64,000 nt of DNA from Patescibacteria group bacterium (GTDB lineage: Bacteria > Patescibacteriota > Patescibacteriia > SG8-24 > DYFX01). The first letter of the stretch is position 1, and the number at the start of each line of letters is the position of its first letter. The position numbers and the translations under genes are program-made. Positions 1-9,759 of the stretch are shown here, piece by piece. The stretch covers positions 198,111-262,110 of the forward strand of contig JBAZZB010000001.1 in NCBI GenBank assembly GCA_041659045.1. Direction: 5' to 3'. The notes under the pieces were generated by a model. It worked only from the letters and a program-made list of their open reading frames with translations. It was not told where the DNA came from and did no database searches.

Positions 1-28
1 TGCGCTTCTGCGCGACCGTCGATCAATT

Positions 29-1318
<1,290 letters not shown>

Positions 1319-1332
1319 CGCGTGAGAAGCAG

Positions 1333-1641
1333 TCAGTTCGCGAGTCGAAGTGTGTACAAGATGTAGCTCTCCTTGCCCTTGGCGCGATTCTTGTTGTCCA
1401 GGTGGACGAGGCGTCTCGTCTTTCTTGCGGCAAAGAGCGTCATGTCAGAACCGGACATATCGATGCTGGTACGCGTGCCTTTGGGACGATCAGCGACGCC
1501 GAAGTCCTTGCCAGCCGGCAAGGCTCTCGTTTTGACCTTGCTGGGCTTGGACGAATAGAGCACGAAGCGCACGAGCTTTTTCCCGACGGTTACCGCCAGG
1601 AACAGGTCTATTCCGGTCTCGTTTCTGATTCCGACCATCAC
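1333..1641 (-). CDS. hypothetical small basic protein
   Basis: 102-aa ORF; GTG then ATG start preceded by AAGGAG 6-9 nt upstream; Lys/Arg-rich; no family recognised. Confidence 0.45.
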   Translation of the reverse strand: MMVGIRNETGIDLFLAVTVGKKLVRFVLYSSKPSKVKTRALPAGKDFGVADRPKGTRTSIDMSGSDMTLFAARKTRRLVHLDNKNRAKGKESYILYTLRLAN

Positions 1642-1685
1642 GGCAGGCTCCTTTCCTGGGGCTGCGGCTAGTATACGTCATGTCG

Positions 1686-1720
1686 CAAAAATGAAAAGCC
1701 GCCCGTTTCGAGCGGGCGGC
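1686..1720 (-). terminator. rho-independent terminator after the GT4 gene
   Basis: Stem gccgcccg (1698-1705), loop tttcgag, stem cgggcggc (1713-1720); on the minus strand it is followed by TTTTCATTTTT (plus 1686-1697). Confidence 0.55.
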
Positions 1721-1739
1721 CGTTGCAAGCCGTATCAAA

Positions 1740-2855
1740 CTAGTTGGTCATCGACGCGTAGAGCTCGGAATACTGCGCCGCAATCTTGTCCCAATCGAAC
1801 TTTGCCAGACGTCCCGTAGCAGTTTTCGAGAGATGTTCCGCGAAGGCGTGATTCGACAACACGCGCGTTATGGCTTCCGCAAGTGCTTTCGAATCGGAAG
1901 GGGGAACGAGCAATCCGCTCTGTTCGTGCTCGATCACGTCGGGGATGCCACCGACGTTTGTGCCGATGACGGGTACGCCGAGTGCTTGTGCCTCGAGCAA
2001 AACGATACCCAATCCTTCGCCCAAGGACGGCAAGATAAAGACGGCAGATTGCGCGACCTCGGTCATGGCTTCAAGGTTCGGCTTTGCGCCGAGGAAGTGA
2101 ACGATGTCTTGCAGGCCGAGTTCGGTTGTATGGGCTTTCAACGGTGCTTCAAGCGCGCCGCCGCCGACAAGAAAAAGTTCGGCATCGGCAATGGAGTGCC
2201 TCACGATCTTGATTGCCTCGATCAGAAACGGCAGGCCTTTTTCCGGCGAGAGACGCGCGACGGTCACGACGCGGTTCGTCTTTTTTTCATGCCTCGGTAC
2301 TTTGGCGAGGTGGCCGAAATCGACGCCGTTTGGAATCGTTGCGGTTTGCTTCGCACCAAGTTTGGCGGCGCGCATCGTGAGTGCTGTCGAAATACCGATA
2401 ACGTTGGTTGGCGACGTGTGAATATGCTTCCACACAAAACGCGGAATCTTTTTATTCTTCGCGGGCATATCCAAATCACCAGACTGCAATGTCAGCAGCG
2501 TCGGTTTTGTGCCACCAAAAACGCGATACCACCAAAGGGCGATGCCGGCGTAGGACTCCATCACGGCGTGCACGAGATCGTGCGGTTGTTTTAGCGACCA
2601 GAGCGGTGCCAGGAGGGGGAACAGGAATTTGTCCCATTTCTTGCCGAAGCCGAGACGCACAATCTCGTAGCTCGAACCGTCTTCGAATTTTTTTATCTCG
2701 CGCGCAGGCAACTTGGCATCGAGCTTGGCGGTGACGACGCGAATCGAAAAACGTCCAGCCAGGCGGCGGACGGTTTCAACGACCATCACTTCCGCTCCGG
2801 AGACGAACGGTTCGTAAAAAGCGGAGTAGAGGAGGACGTGTTTACGCGGCGTCAT
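1740..2855 (-). CDS. glycosyltransferase, family GT4
   Basis: 371 aa; C-terminal GT4 signature EGLGIVLLEAQALGVPVIGTNVGGIPDVIEHEQSGLLVPP (E-x7-E motif). Confidence 0.8.
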   Translation of the reverse strand: MTPRKHVLLYSAFYEPFVSGAEVMVVETVRRLAGRFSIRVVTAKLDAKLPAREIKKFEDGSSYEIVRLGFGKKWDKFLFPLLAPLWSLKQPHDLVHAVMESYAGIALWWYRVFGGTKPTLLTLQSGDLDMPAKNKKIPRFVWKHIHTSPTNVIGISTALTMRAAKLGAKQTATIPNGVDFGHLAKVPRHEKKTNRVVTVARLSPEKGLPFLIEAIKIVRHSIADAELFLVGGGALEAPLKAHTTELGLQDIVHFLGAKPNLEAMTEVAQSAVFILPSLGEGLGIVLLEAQALGVPVIGTNVGGIPDVIEHEQSGLLVPPSDSKALAEAITRVLSNHAFAEHLSKTATGRLAKFDWDKIAAQYSELYASMTN

Positions 2856-3816
2856 GCTTCGTTTTCATGTACTCGTAGGTTTCGCGCAAACCGGCTTCAA
2901 GCGGCGTTTCCGCTTTGCAGCCGATCAACTCATGCATCATTGTGACGTCAGGCGTGCGATATTTGATTTCCATCTTGCGCACAGGCAAGTATTCGATCTT
3001 CAGGTCTTTTCCAGAAATCGAAGCGACACGTTCCGCCAGTTCTTGGATCGTTGTCGGTGAACCTTTGCCGACGTTAATCGTTTCGCCGTTCGTCGAATCC
3101 TTGAGCATCGCCGTTAGGATCGTGTTGATGTTGTCCTTGTAGAAGACAAAGTCGCGTGTGGCCGAGCCGTCACCAAAAATTTGGAGTGCTTCTCCTTTGA
3201 GAGCCCGGTCGAGGAAGATGCTGACGACAAAGCCGTATGGCGAGCTCTCTTGGCGCGGGCCGTAGACGTTGAAGAAGCGTAATGCGACCGTTTTTAAGTC
3301 GTACTGATGGAAATAGTGATAGGTCAGGTTTTCGCCAAGCATCTTTACGATGCTGTACGGGTCGCGTGGACTCGGATTCACCGGGCCATGCTCGCGCGTC
3401 GGCAGCACGACCGGTTCCCCGTAGACTTCAGAAGAAGACGAATAGAGGATTTTTTTGACCTTGCGATCTTTGCAGAACTCGAAGATCGCGCGAATGCCGT
3501 CGATGTCTTTCAAGACGTCGAGGGGGCGCTCTTCGACGCGCTTCACGCCGCAGAAGGCGCCGAGATGAAACACGTACTCGGGTTTATGCGCATCAAAGAC
3601 GCGATCGAGTGTTTCCCAATCGTTGGCGTTGCCGTGCGTAAACGTAAACGCCGGGTTGCCTTCGTGCTGTGAGAGGTTTTCGCGCTTGCCTGTTGAGAGA
3701 TCGTCAAGAACAACGACGCGTGCGCCGAGTTCAAGTAATCGATCGGTCAGGTGGGATCCGATGAATCCAGCGCCGCCCGTGACCAGAATGCTGGCTCCTT
3801 TATACGCTTCAAACAT
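2842..3816 (-). CDS. NAD-dependent epimerase/dehydratase (extended SDR; UDP-sugar epimerase or decarboxylase-like)
   Basis: 324 aa; N-terminal Rossmann motif ILVTGGAGFIGSHL; catalytic region YSSSSEVYG...YxxxK; overlaps the GT4 gene by 14 nt. Confidence 0.8.
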   Translation of the reverse strand: MFEAYKGASILVTGGAGFIGSHLTDRLLELGARVVVLDDLSTGKRENLSQHEGNPAFTFTHGNANDWETLDRVFDAHKPEYVFHLGAFCGVKRVEERPLDVLKDIDGIRAIFEFCKDRKVKKILYSSSSEVYGEPVVLPTREHGPVNPSPRDPYSIVKMLGENLTYHYFHQYDLKTVALRFFNVYGPRQESSPYGFVVSIFLDRALKGEALQIFGDGSATRDFVFYKDNINTILTAMLKDSTNGETINVGKGSPTTIQELAERVASISGKDLKIEYLPVRKMEIKYRTPDVTMMHELIGCKAETPLEAGLRETYEYMKTKHDAA

Positions 3817-3898
3817 ATGGCGTTAGTCTAGCCGAGGCACTCGATTTTTACCAGTAGCCACAGAGTGAAATAAAAAATCCCCCGTTCGCTCAAGGGTC

Positions 3899-4333
3899 TC
3901 AGATACCCTTGTCTTTCGGGGGTGGGGGAGAGGGGTTCGGCGGCGGCGCGCCTTCGGTGGCAGGCTTCACGATCGGAGCCTCCTTGGGGATGTCGACCTT
4001 CACGCCGTCGAACACGTTGCGGTCGAGCTTCTTTCCGACGTCCGTCGCGGCATCCTCGGCAGCCTTCTTCTGGGCGTCGCGTCCGCCCGGAGCCGCCTTC
4101 TTGATGGCGTCTCGGACTTCCTTGGTGGCGCCGCCCTTGTCGTCGCCAGTGGCCTTCTCGGCGCGCTTCGCCTTGTCGGCGTTGTCGCGCTTGATGCGGT
4201 GTGCCTCGCGGCTGCTGGTTCCCTTGGGGATCGGCTGTTCCTTCGGCTTGACGGTGACGACGACTTCCTCAGGCTTGATCGGCAGCTTCTCCTGTTCGCG
4301 AGGATCGCCGCCACTCTTTTTGTCATCGGACAT
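3899..4333 (-). CDS. lysine/glutamate/alanine-rich intrinsically disordered protein (hypothetical)
   Basis: ATG at 4333 has AAGGAG 7 nt upstream; 144 aa of low-complexity K/E/A/P-rich sequence (MSDDKKSGGDPREQEK...PPPNPSPPPPKDKGI); very high GC3 codon usage. Confidence 0.5.
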   Translation of the reverse strand: MSDDKKSGGDPREQEKLPIKPEEVVVTVKPKEQPIPKGTSSREAHRIKRDNADKAKRAEKATGDDKGGATKEVRDAIKKAAPGGRDAQKKAAEDAATDVGKKLDRNVFDGVKVDIPKEAPIVKPATEGAPPPNPSPPPPKDKGI

Positions 4334-4371
4334 GGCACGACTCCTTGTATGAGGCCATGAACGCGAACAGC

Positions 4372-4400
4372 TTGACATTTCAAGGGAAAAGTGTAAAGCT
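4372..4400 (+). promoter_or_regulatory. candidate sigma70-type promoter for the 4451 gene
   Basis: Perfect -35 TTGACA (4372-4377), 16-nt spacer, weak -10 TAAAGC preceded by TG; in a divergent intergenic region. Confidence 0.25.
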
Positions 4401-4450
4401 GCGGCAGTATCTGGTTCGCTACAAACAGATCGAATGAGGGGAAAGCGACA

Positions 4451-4912
4451 ATGAAACGCGCCAAGGTTTTGATCAATCCACGCGAGCTTCGGAAGTCTGT
4501 GCACCTGGGGGCAACGCTCATCACGAGCGGTCCGCAACACATCCCTGCACTGCCATCGACGCCGTCAGAACTGGTCGTCGAGGTGAAGCGCATCACCTTC
4601 CACGAACAGCCGGATGAGCAGGCCGCGATCGTCCGTCAGCTCCTCCGCTTGGAGCGGAACGGCAAGACCGCGATCATCGCGATGACCAAGAACGCGAAGG
4701 TGCGCGAGTGCTACGACCAGAGCCTCCTCTGGTGGGGCTGGACACTCGTCGCGAGGGGCGACGTCTTCACTGTTCAGATGGTGGTCTTCCCGAAGCCTGC
4801 CCGGACCGATCTCGTGGGGGAGGTCGATCAAGGCAGCGTCTACGAGGTTTCCACCAGCAAGATCACGCCGTGGGACGGCAAGATCCATCTGGACGACCGC
4901 GTCGCCGCCTGA
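4451..4912 (+). CDS. hypothetical protein
   Basis: 153-aa ORF with GAGGGG SD-like element upstream; consistent high-GC3 codon usage; no family recognised. Confidence 0.45.
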   Translation: MKRAKVLINPRELRKSVHLGATLITSGPQHIPALPSTPSELVVEVKRITFHEQPDEQAAIVRQLLRLERNGKTAIIAMTKNAKVRECYDQSLLWWGWTLVARGDVFTVQMVVFPKPARTDLVGEVDQGSVYEVSTSKITPWDGKIHLDDRVAA

Positions 4913-4925
4913 ACATCGCTCAGAA

Positions 4926-4951
4926 GGACCCGTACGGGCCCTTTTTCATTT
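4926..4951 (+). terminator. putative rho-independent terminator
   Basis: GC-rich near-palindrome ggacccgtacgggccc immediately followed by TTTTTCATTT, 14 nt after the stop at 4912. Confidence 0.4.
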
Positions 4952-4991
4952 GCTTGAAAAATAGGCGTCAAACGGGTAGGCTAGGCCTACC

Positions 4992-6386
4992 ATGGCACTC
5001 GATCTCGGACACGTGCATCGTATTCATTGTGTCGGTATTGGCGGCATCGGCGTTTCTGCCGCCGCTAAGTTTTTGCGTTTACAAGGAAAGGACGTGAGCG
5101 GTTCCGATACGACGCGTTCCGTCGTGACGGCTGATGCTGAGCGCGCCGGTGTGCGCGTGGTGGAGCCACTTGCCGAGAACATCACCCCAGACATCGATCT
5201 CCTCATCTATACGTCCGCCGCGCCGGAGACGCAGCTTGAACGCCAAGCGGCGGCTGCCTTCGGTATCCCGCAGTTCAGTTATTTCGAATTCCTCGGATTG
5301 TTGTCCGAGGGGTACAAAACAATTGCGATCTCCGGCACGAATGGAAAATCGACGACAACCGCGATGCTTGCGCTCATGCTTGAGAAAGCGGGCCTGGACC
5401 CGACCGTCATTGTCGGAAGTCGCGTGCCGAGTTTCGAATACGGAAACCTCCGCGTTGGAAAAAGCAATCTTTTTGTCGTTGAAGCTTGCGAATATCGCGA
5501 GCAGTTCATGAGTCTCTCTCCTTCGATGGTCGTGGTCACAAAAATCGTTGAAGATCACCTCGACTATTACCGCGATCTCGCGCATATCCAAGAAACCTTC
5601 AAGGCGTTTGCCGCGAAGGTACCAGCAGAAGGATCGCTTATTTGGAATGCGGATGACGCGGCGAGCCGCGAGACATTCAGCGGTTTCGAGCAATCAAACG
5701 GAACATTCGGTTTTTCAAAAGAGGCAGAGGTGCGCGCCGAACAGCATGAAACCGCCGAGGGTGTTCAGCGGTTTGATGCTGTCTTTAAGGACGGTGTCGT
5801 TTGGCACGGTTTGGAGATGCATGTTCCAGGGGCATTCAACGTCTTAAACGCGCTTGCGGCGATCGCTGCGGCGCGTTCGCTTGGAGCGAGCGAGGTGGCC
5901 GTGCGCGAGGCGCTGGCTTCCTTTGCCGGTATTTGGCGTCGCTTTGAAAAAGTTGGCGAGCGATATGGTGCGCCTGTTATTTCAGACTATGGACACACGC
6001 CCGACGCGATCGAAGCGACGCTGAAAGCTGCGAAAGAGTTTTTCCCAGGGAAGAAACTGATCGTTGCCTTTCAACCGCACCATCACGACCGCACGCGCAA
6101 ACTCTTCGATGCCTTCATTCCAGCCTTTGATGCCGCAGACACGCTCGTCCTTTCCGAGATCTACGGCGTCGAGGGACGCAAGGAGGGTGAGAGCGAGATC
6201 TCCTCGCGGCAACTGGTGGAAGCGGTCGAAGCGCGCGGGAAGGTGTCAGCCGTCAGCTACGCCGCCACGCCCGACGAAGCTCTGCGTCAACTCGAGGCGC
6301 TTGATACGGAAAATGCTATGATGCTCATTATGGGCGCAGGCGACATCTATTCCATCGCGTATCCACTATGCAGAACATCCCGATGA
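4992..6386 (+). CDS. murC: UDP-N-acetylmuramate--L-alanine ligase
   Basis: 464 aa; N-terminal IHCVGIGGIGVSAAAKFLRLQGKDVSGSD Rossmann region typical of MurC; Mur-ligase P-loop ISGTNGKSTTTAM. Confidence 0.75.
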   Translation: MALDLGHVHRIHCVGIGGIGVSAAAKFLRLQGKDVSGSDTTRSVVTADAERAGVRVVEPLAENITPDIDLLIYTSAAPETQLERQAAAAFGIPQFSYFEFLGLLSEGYKTIAISGTNGKSTTTAMLALMLEKAGLDPTVIVGSRVPSFEYGNLRVGKSNLFVVEACEYREQFMSLSPSMVVVTKIVEDHLDYYRDLAHIQETFKAFAAKVPAEGSLIWNADDAASRETFSGFEQSNGTFGFSKEAEVRAEQHETAEGVQRFDAVFKDGVVWHGLEMHVPGAFNVLNALAAIAAARSLGASEVAVREALASFAGIWRRFEKVGERYGAPVISDYGHTPDAIEATLKAAKEFFPGKKLIVAFQPHHHDRTRKLFDAFIPAFDAADTLVLSEIYGVEGRKEGESEISSRQLVEAVEARGKVSAVSYAATPDEALRQLEALDTENAMMLIMGAGDIYSIAYPLCRTSR

Positions 6387-8578
6387 AACCGCTCGATTCG
6401 TTCCTCTTGAAGCTCGTTCGCTACGGCTTGTTCGCGGTGTTCGCGATCCCGTTTCTTGTTTGGCTGAGCCACCTCTATCCGTGGGTGACTGGCAAGATCT
6501 TGAGTTTTGAAATTATCGTCGCACTGCTCTTCCCGTGCTACGTTCTGCTCGCCTTTCGTCGCAAAGAATTCCGTCCTTCCAAGTCGCCATTCCTCTACGC
6601 GATGCTCGCGTATTTTGCGATCGCGACGCTCTCGATGCTCTTGGGGGATAACGTGAACCGTAGTTTCTGGTCAAAGCCTGACCGTTTGACGGGCTTGTTC
6701 TTCCAATACCATCTCCTCGCCTTTTTCCTGATGGCGGGCGCGACCTGGCGTAAGGTTGTCGTGCAACCTGTGATTGCGGCGACGATTTCAGCAATCATTC
6801 TCTCACTCCACGCGCTCATCCAGGTTGCGCTCCCGGCTGCTGGTGCTGTTGACGTGCGCGGATCCGCGACGCTCGGCAACGCCAGCTATCTCGGGCAGTA
6901 TCTCGTGCCGCACCTGTTCCTCGCGGCGTGGTTGGTGCTCCGTTATTGGAAAACATCGATGCGCTGGCTCTGGCTTGCTGCCGGTGCGGTGGTGATGTTC
7001 GGCATCATCAGCACGAAATCCAAAGGCGCACTCTTGGGTGTGCTGCTTGGCGTGCTCGTCGCCTCACTCATCGCGGCGGTACGCGGTGGTAAACGCGCTC
7101 GGAAATTCAGCTTGATCGGGCTCGGACTCGTCGCCTTGGCCGTTGTCGCCTACCTGATCGGTAACCAGGTGTATCCGTTCAAACGCTGGTTGTACGATGG
7201 ACGCTTGTCGATTCAGTATTTCCAAGAAACGAGCAACTCTCGTAAACTGCTGATCGAAAACGCCATCAAGGGTATTTCGCAGCGCCCGCTTCTCGGTTGG
7301 GGCCCTGAAAACTTTGAGAGCGGCTACTACTACAACTACAATCCGAAGACGCTGGTTTTCGGCGAGTACGAAACGCGCCAGGACCGTCCGCATAACCTCG
7401 TCCTGGAGATGCTGCATAACCTTGGCGTAATCGGCTTCCTGGCCTACGCGGCGGTGTTTGCGTTCGCGGTGCGCTTGGCTGTTTCCAAAAAGCGTGAGGA
7501 TTGGGTGCTTGGTGGTGGCTTGGCTGTCGCTGCCTTCTCACAAGTCGGCACGAACCTTTTCATTTTTGAGACGCCGATGTCGTACTTGGCGCTCTTCTTC
7601 ATGTTCTCCTTGGTTGCGGCCGATGCGGCCTCGCACGAGGAGCGCGAAGAGGGCTCTGATGAATCGACGCAAGCCGCGGTACCGCTCGCGCTTATCGTTG
7701 GCGTGCTGAGTATCTGGTGCCTGTACACAGTTTCAACGACGATCCGCGCCGCGAAGATTACGGCACAGATGATCATGGCCTTGTCCCAACAAGGTCGTTC
7801 GGCCGAAGAGTGGAACGGCATGCTTACGGAATTGCGTAAAAATGAATCTCCGTTTTACGAACGCCATATTCGCGCTACGACGTCGCATCTGAGCCAAGCG
7901 CGCGGCGAATATCTTGATGGTCCGTATCTTCCGATTTTGATCGATCTGGCCGACGATGAATATCGGCGCTTCAAAAATCGCAATGACTACGTTCAAGCGC
8001 TCGTCATCTCATCAGCGTACCTGAGTTTCGGGCCGCGTACGCCTGAACAACAGGCTGCGCTCGAAGATGCCGCCGCCCGCGCGGCCGAACGTTCGCCGAA
8101 TCGGCACGAAGTCGAAATCATTCTGGCGCAAATCGCCTGGGAAAAGAATCAGCTCGATGAGGCGGAAAAACATATCGTCCGTTTCCGCGACCTTGATCCG
8201 GGAAACATCCTTGGCGATGCTTGGTGGGTGCGCTGGCAGCTAGAGTTCCGTGACCCTGTCGTAGCAGCCACGTATTTGGCGCAGAAACCGGAAATGAAGA
8301 ACAACCAAGACGCTTGGGATCAAGTCGAATACGGCACGTTGCATCTGCTCAACCAGCGCCGTTGGAAGGATCTCGTTGCCTTGCAGAAAGCTTCCGTTGA
8401 AGCGAAGTCTCGCAACGTCCAATGGGACCTTGTCGGCGCGATTGGTGCATGGGCGCTCGGTGACAAAGCAAAAAGCGATATGATTATCAGCGAGGCGCGC
8501 GCTCTCTATCCAGAGAAACTTGATTTGGTGGAAGCGATCGCCGGCCAGCGCGAAAGTATCGTTACGAACGGCGGCTAA
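6368..8578 (+). CDS. Wzy_C / O-antigen ligase family polytopic membrane protein with an approx. 300-aa C-terminal helical domain
   Basis: 736 aa; at least 10 predicted TM helices in the first approx. 430 aa; O-antigen-ligase-type motif HNLVLEMLHNLGVIGF after the periplasmic loop (GWGPENF); C-terminal soluble helical-repeat region. Confidence 0.6.
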   Translation: MQNIPMKPLDSFLLKLVRYGLFAVFAIPFLVWLSHLYPWVTGKILSFEIIVALLFPCYVLLAFRRKEFRPSKSPFLYAMLAYFAIATLSMLLGDNVNRSFWSKPDRLTGLFFQYHLLAFFLMAGATWRKVVVQPVIAATISAIILSLHALIQVALPAAGAVDVRGSATLGNASYLGQYLVPHLFLAAWLVLRYWKTSMRWLWLAAGAVVMFGIISTKSKGALLGVLLGVLVASLIAAVRGGKRARKFSLIGLGLVALAVVAYLIGNQVYPFKRWLYDGRLSIQYFQETSNSRKLLIENAIKGISQRPLLGWGPENFESGYYYNYNPKTLVFGEYETRQDRPHNLVLEMLHNLGVIGFLAYAAVFAFAVRLAVSKKREDWVLGGGLAVAAFSQVGTNLFIFETPMSYLALFFMFSLVAADAASHEEREEGSDESTQAAVPLALIVGVLSIWCLYTVSTTIRAAKITAQMIMALSQQGRSAEEWNGMLTELRKNESPFYERHIRATTSHLSQARGEYLDGPYLPILIDLADDEYRRFKNRNDYVQALVISSAYLSFGPRTPEQQAALEDAAARAAERSPNRHEVEIILAQIAWEKNQLDEAEKHIVRFRDLDPGNILGDAWWVRWQLEFRDPVVAATYLAQKPEMKNNQDAWDQVEYGTLHLLNQRRWKDLVALQKASVEAKSRNVQWDLVGAIGAWALGDKAKSDMIISEARALYPEKLDLVEAIAGQRESIVTNGG

Positions 8579-9719
8579 GCGAACGGTAGAGCGCCAAAAC
8601 GCTTTCTGTCATCACGGTTCCGGAGCGGCGTTCCGCAATGCGCGGGGCGCCGCTTTTGAGTTCTTGGTAGAGCGTGCGATCTGACAAAACGTCGCGAATG
8701 GCACGGCGAAGCGCTTCGCGGTCTCCAGGTTCTACAAGAATTCCCGTCTGACGATCGTTGATCAGTTCCGGCAAGGCGCCGACACGCGTAGCAATGATGG
8801 GGAGTTCTGCTAGCGAGGCTTCAAGAATCGTCCACGGCATTCCTTCTTTCGTGGAGGGGAGCACGAAGATGTCAAAGCCTTTCAAAAGCGTCGCGGCGTC
8901 TTTGATAGCTCCAGGCAGGTGCACGCGGTCCTTGTGTGGGAGCGCCGCATGAAGTGTTCGCAAGCGCGGCATCTCGGGGCCGTCGCCCAGAATGACAAGG
9001 TCGAGGTTCGTGAACTCTGCGGCCACGCCTTCGAAGGCCTCGAAAAGCATCGGTAAATTTTTTGCGGGATAGGCGTTGGCAATCGTGCCGAGTACCAAGT
9101 GTCCGAGACGCGTACCGCACAATTCCGCGAGTCGTGCGTGGGCGGCGTCATGCTCCAAGAAATCAACTTCGTCTCGATCGATGCCGAGAGGGATAACAGC
9201 CAGATTCTCTCTCGTCGCCAGTTTGTTGCGCAGAGCGACGTCCCGCTCCATGTCTGAAAGCGTGATCGTGGCGGTTCTTAAACGAGCGGCAATCTTTTCG
9301 CTGAGGAGAAGTGTCAGACGAAAAAGCGCGGAGCGGCGTTCGAGGAAACCCCAGCCGTGCGCCGTGTAGACGACGCGTGGTCGGTGCTTCGATCGCCACG
9401 CAGCGATAGCGCCAAGAAGCCCGGCCTTGCTGCTGTTGGTATGAAGAATGTCATACCCTTCACGATCGATGAGGCGACGCAGAGTACGTACGGCGAACAA
9501 GTCGCTGATGGGGGAGATGGGTTGCCGCAGCTCTGGAATCTCGATCGTGCGGATTGTTGATGGCAACGAGGAAAACAACTCGCTTTTTGGTGAATGACCG
9601 GCCGCAACCGTCACGTCAAACTCCGCCGAGGCCGCTCGGGCGAGGCGAGAAACATAGCGCTCGGCACCTCCCCACGCAGAGGAAGTCACGAGAAAAAGAA
9701 GTTTTTGGCGGGTCGACAT
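8562..9719 (-). CDS. glycosyltransferase, family GT4
   Basis: 385 aa; STKEGMPWTILEASLAELPIIATRVGALPELI GT4 C-terminal motif. Confidence 0.8.
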   Translation of the reverse strand: MSTRQKLLFLVTSSAWGGAERYVSRLARAASAEFDVTVAAGHSPKSELFSSLPSTIRTIEIPELRQPISPISDLFAVRTLRRLIDREGYDILHTNSSKAGLLGAIAAWRSKHRPRVVYTAHGWGFLERRSALFRLTLLLSEKIAARLRTATITLSDMERDVALRNKLATRENLAVIPLGIDRDEVDFLEHDAAHARLAELCGTRLGHLVLGTIANAYPAKNLPMLFEAFEGVAAEFTNLDLVILGDGPEMPRLRTLHAALPHKDRVHLPGAIKDAATLLKGFDIFVLPSTKEGMPWTILEASLAELPIIATRVGALPELINDRQTGILVEPGDREALRRAIRDVLSDRTLYQELKSGAPRIAERRSGTVMTESVLALYRSLSRRS

Positions 9720-9721
9720 GA

Positions 9722-9751
9722 TTGACGCTTAAAAAGCAGGATAGGTACACT
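9722..9751 (+). promoter_or_regulatory. candidate promoter giving a near-leaderless transcript for the 9760 gene
   Basis: -35 TTGACG (9722-9727), 18-nt spacer, -10 TACACT (9746-9751), then 8 nt to the ATG at 9760; no SD present. Confidence 0.3.
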
Positions 9752-9759
9752 ATACACGC

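Noticed and set aside
1333-1641. Small basic protein as ribosomal protein (bL19 or bL27-like)
   Set aside because: There are only short, patchy resemblances (IRN..G...F.V.K; TLFA). The length and N-terminus do not fit either family; left as hypothetical.
3817-3898. Possible terminator after the Lys-rich protein gene (ccc...ggg followed by ATTTTTTAT on the minus strand)
   Set aside because: The stem is only 3-4 bp with a long loop; too weak to call.
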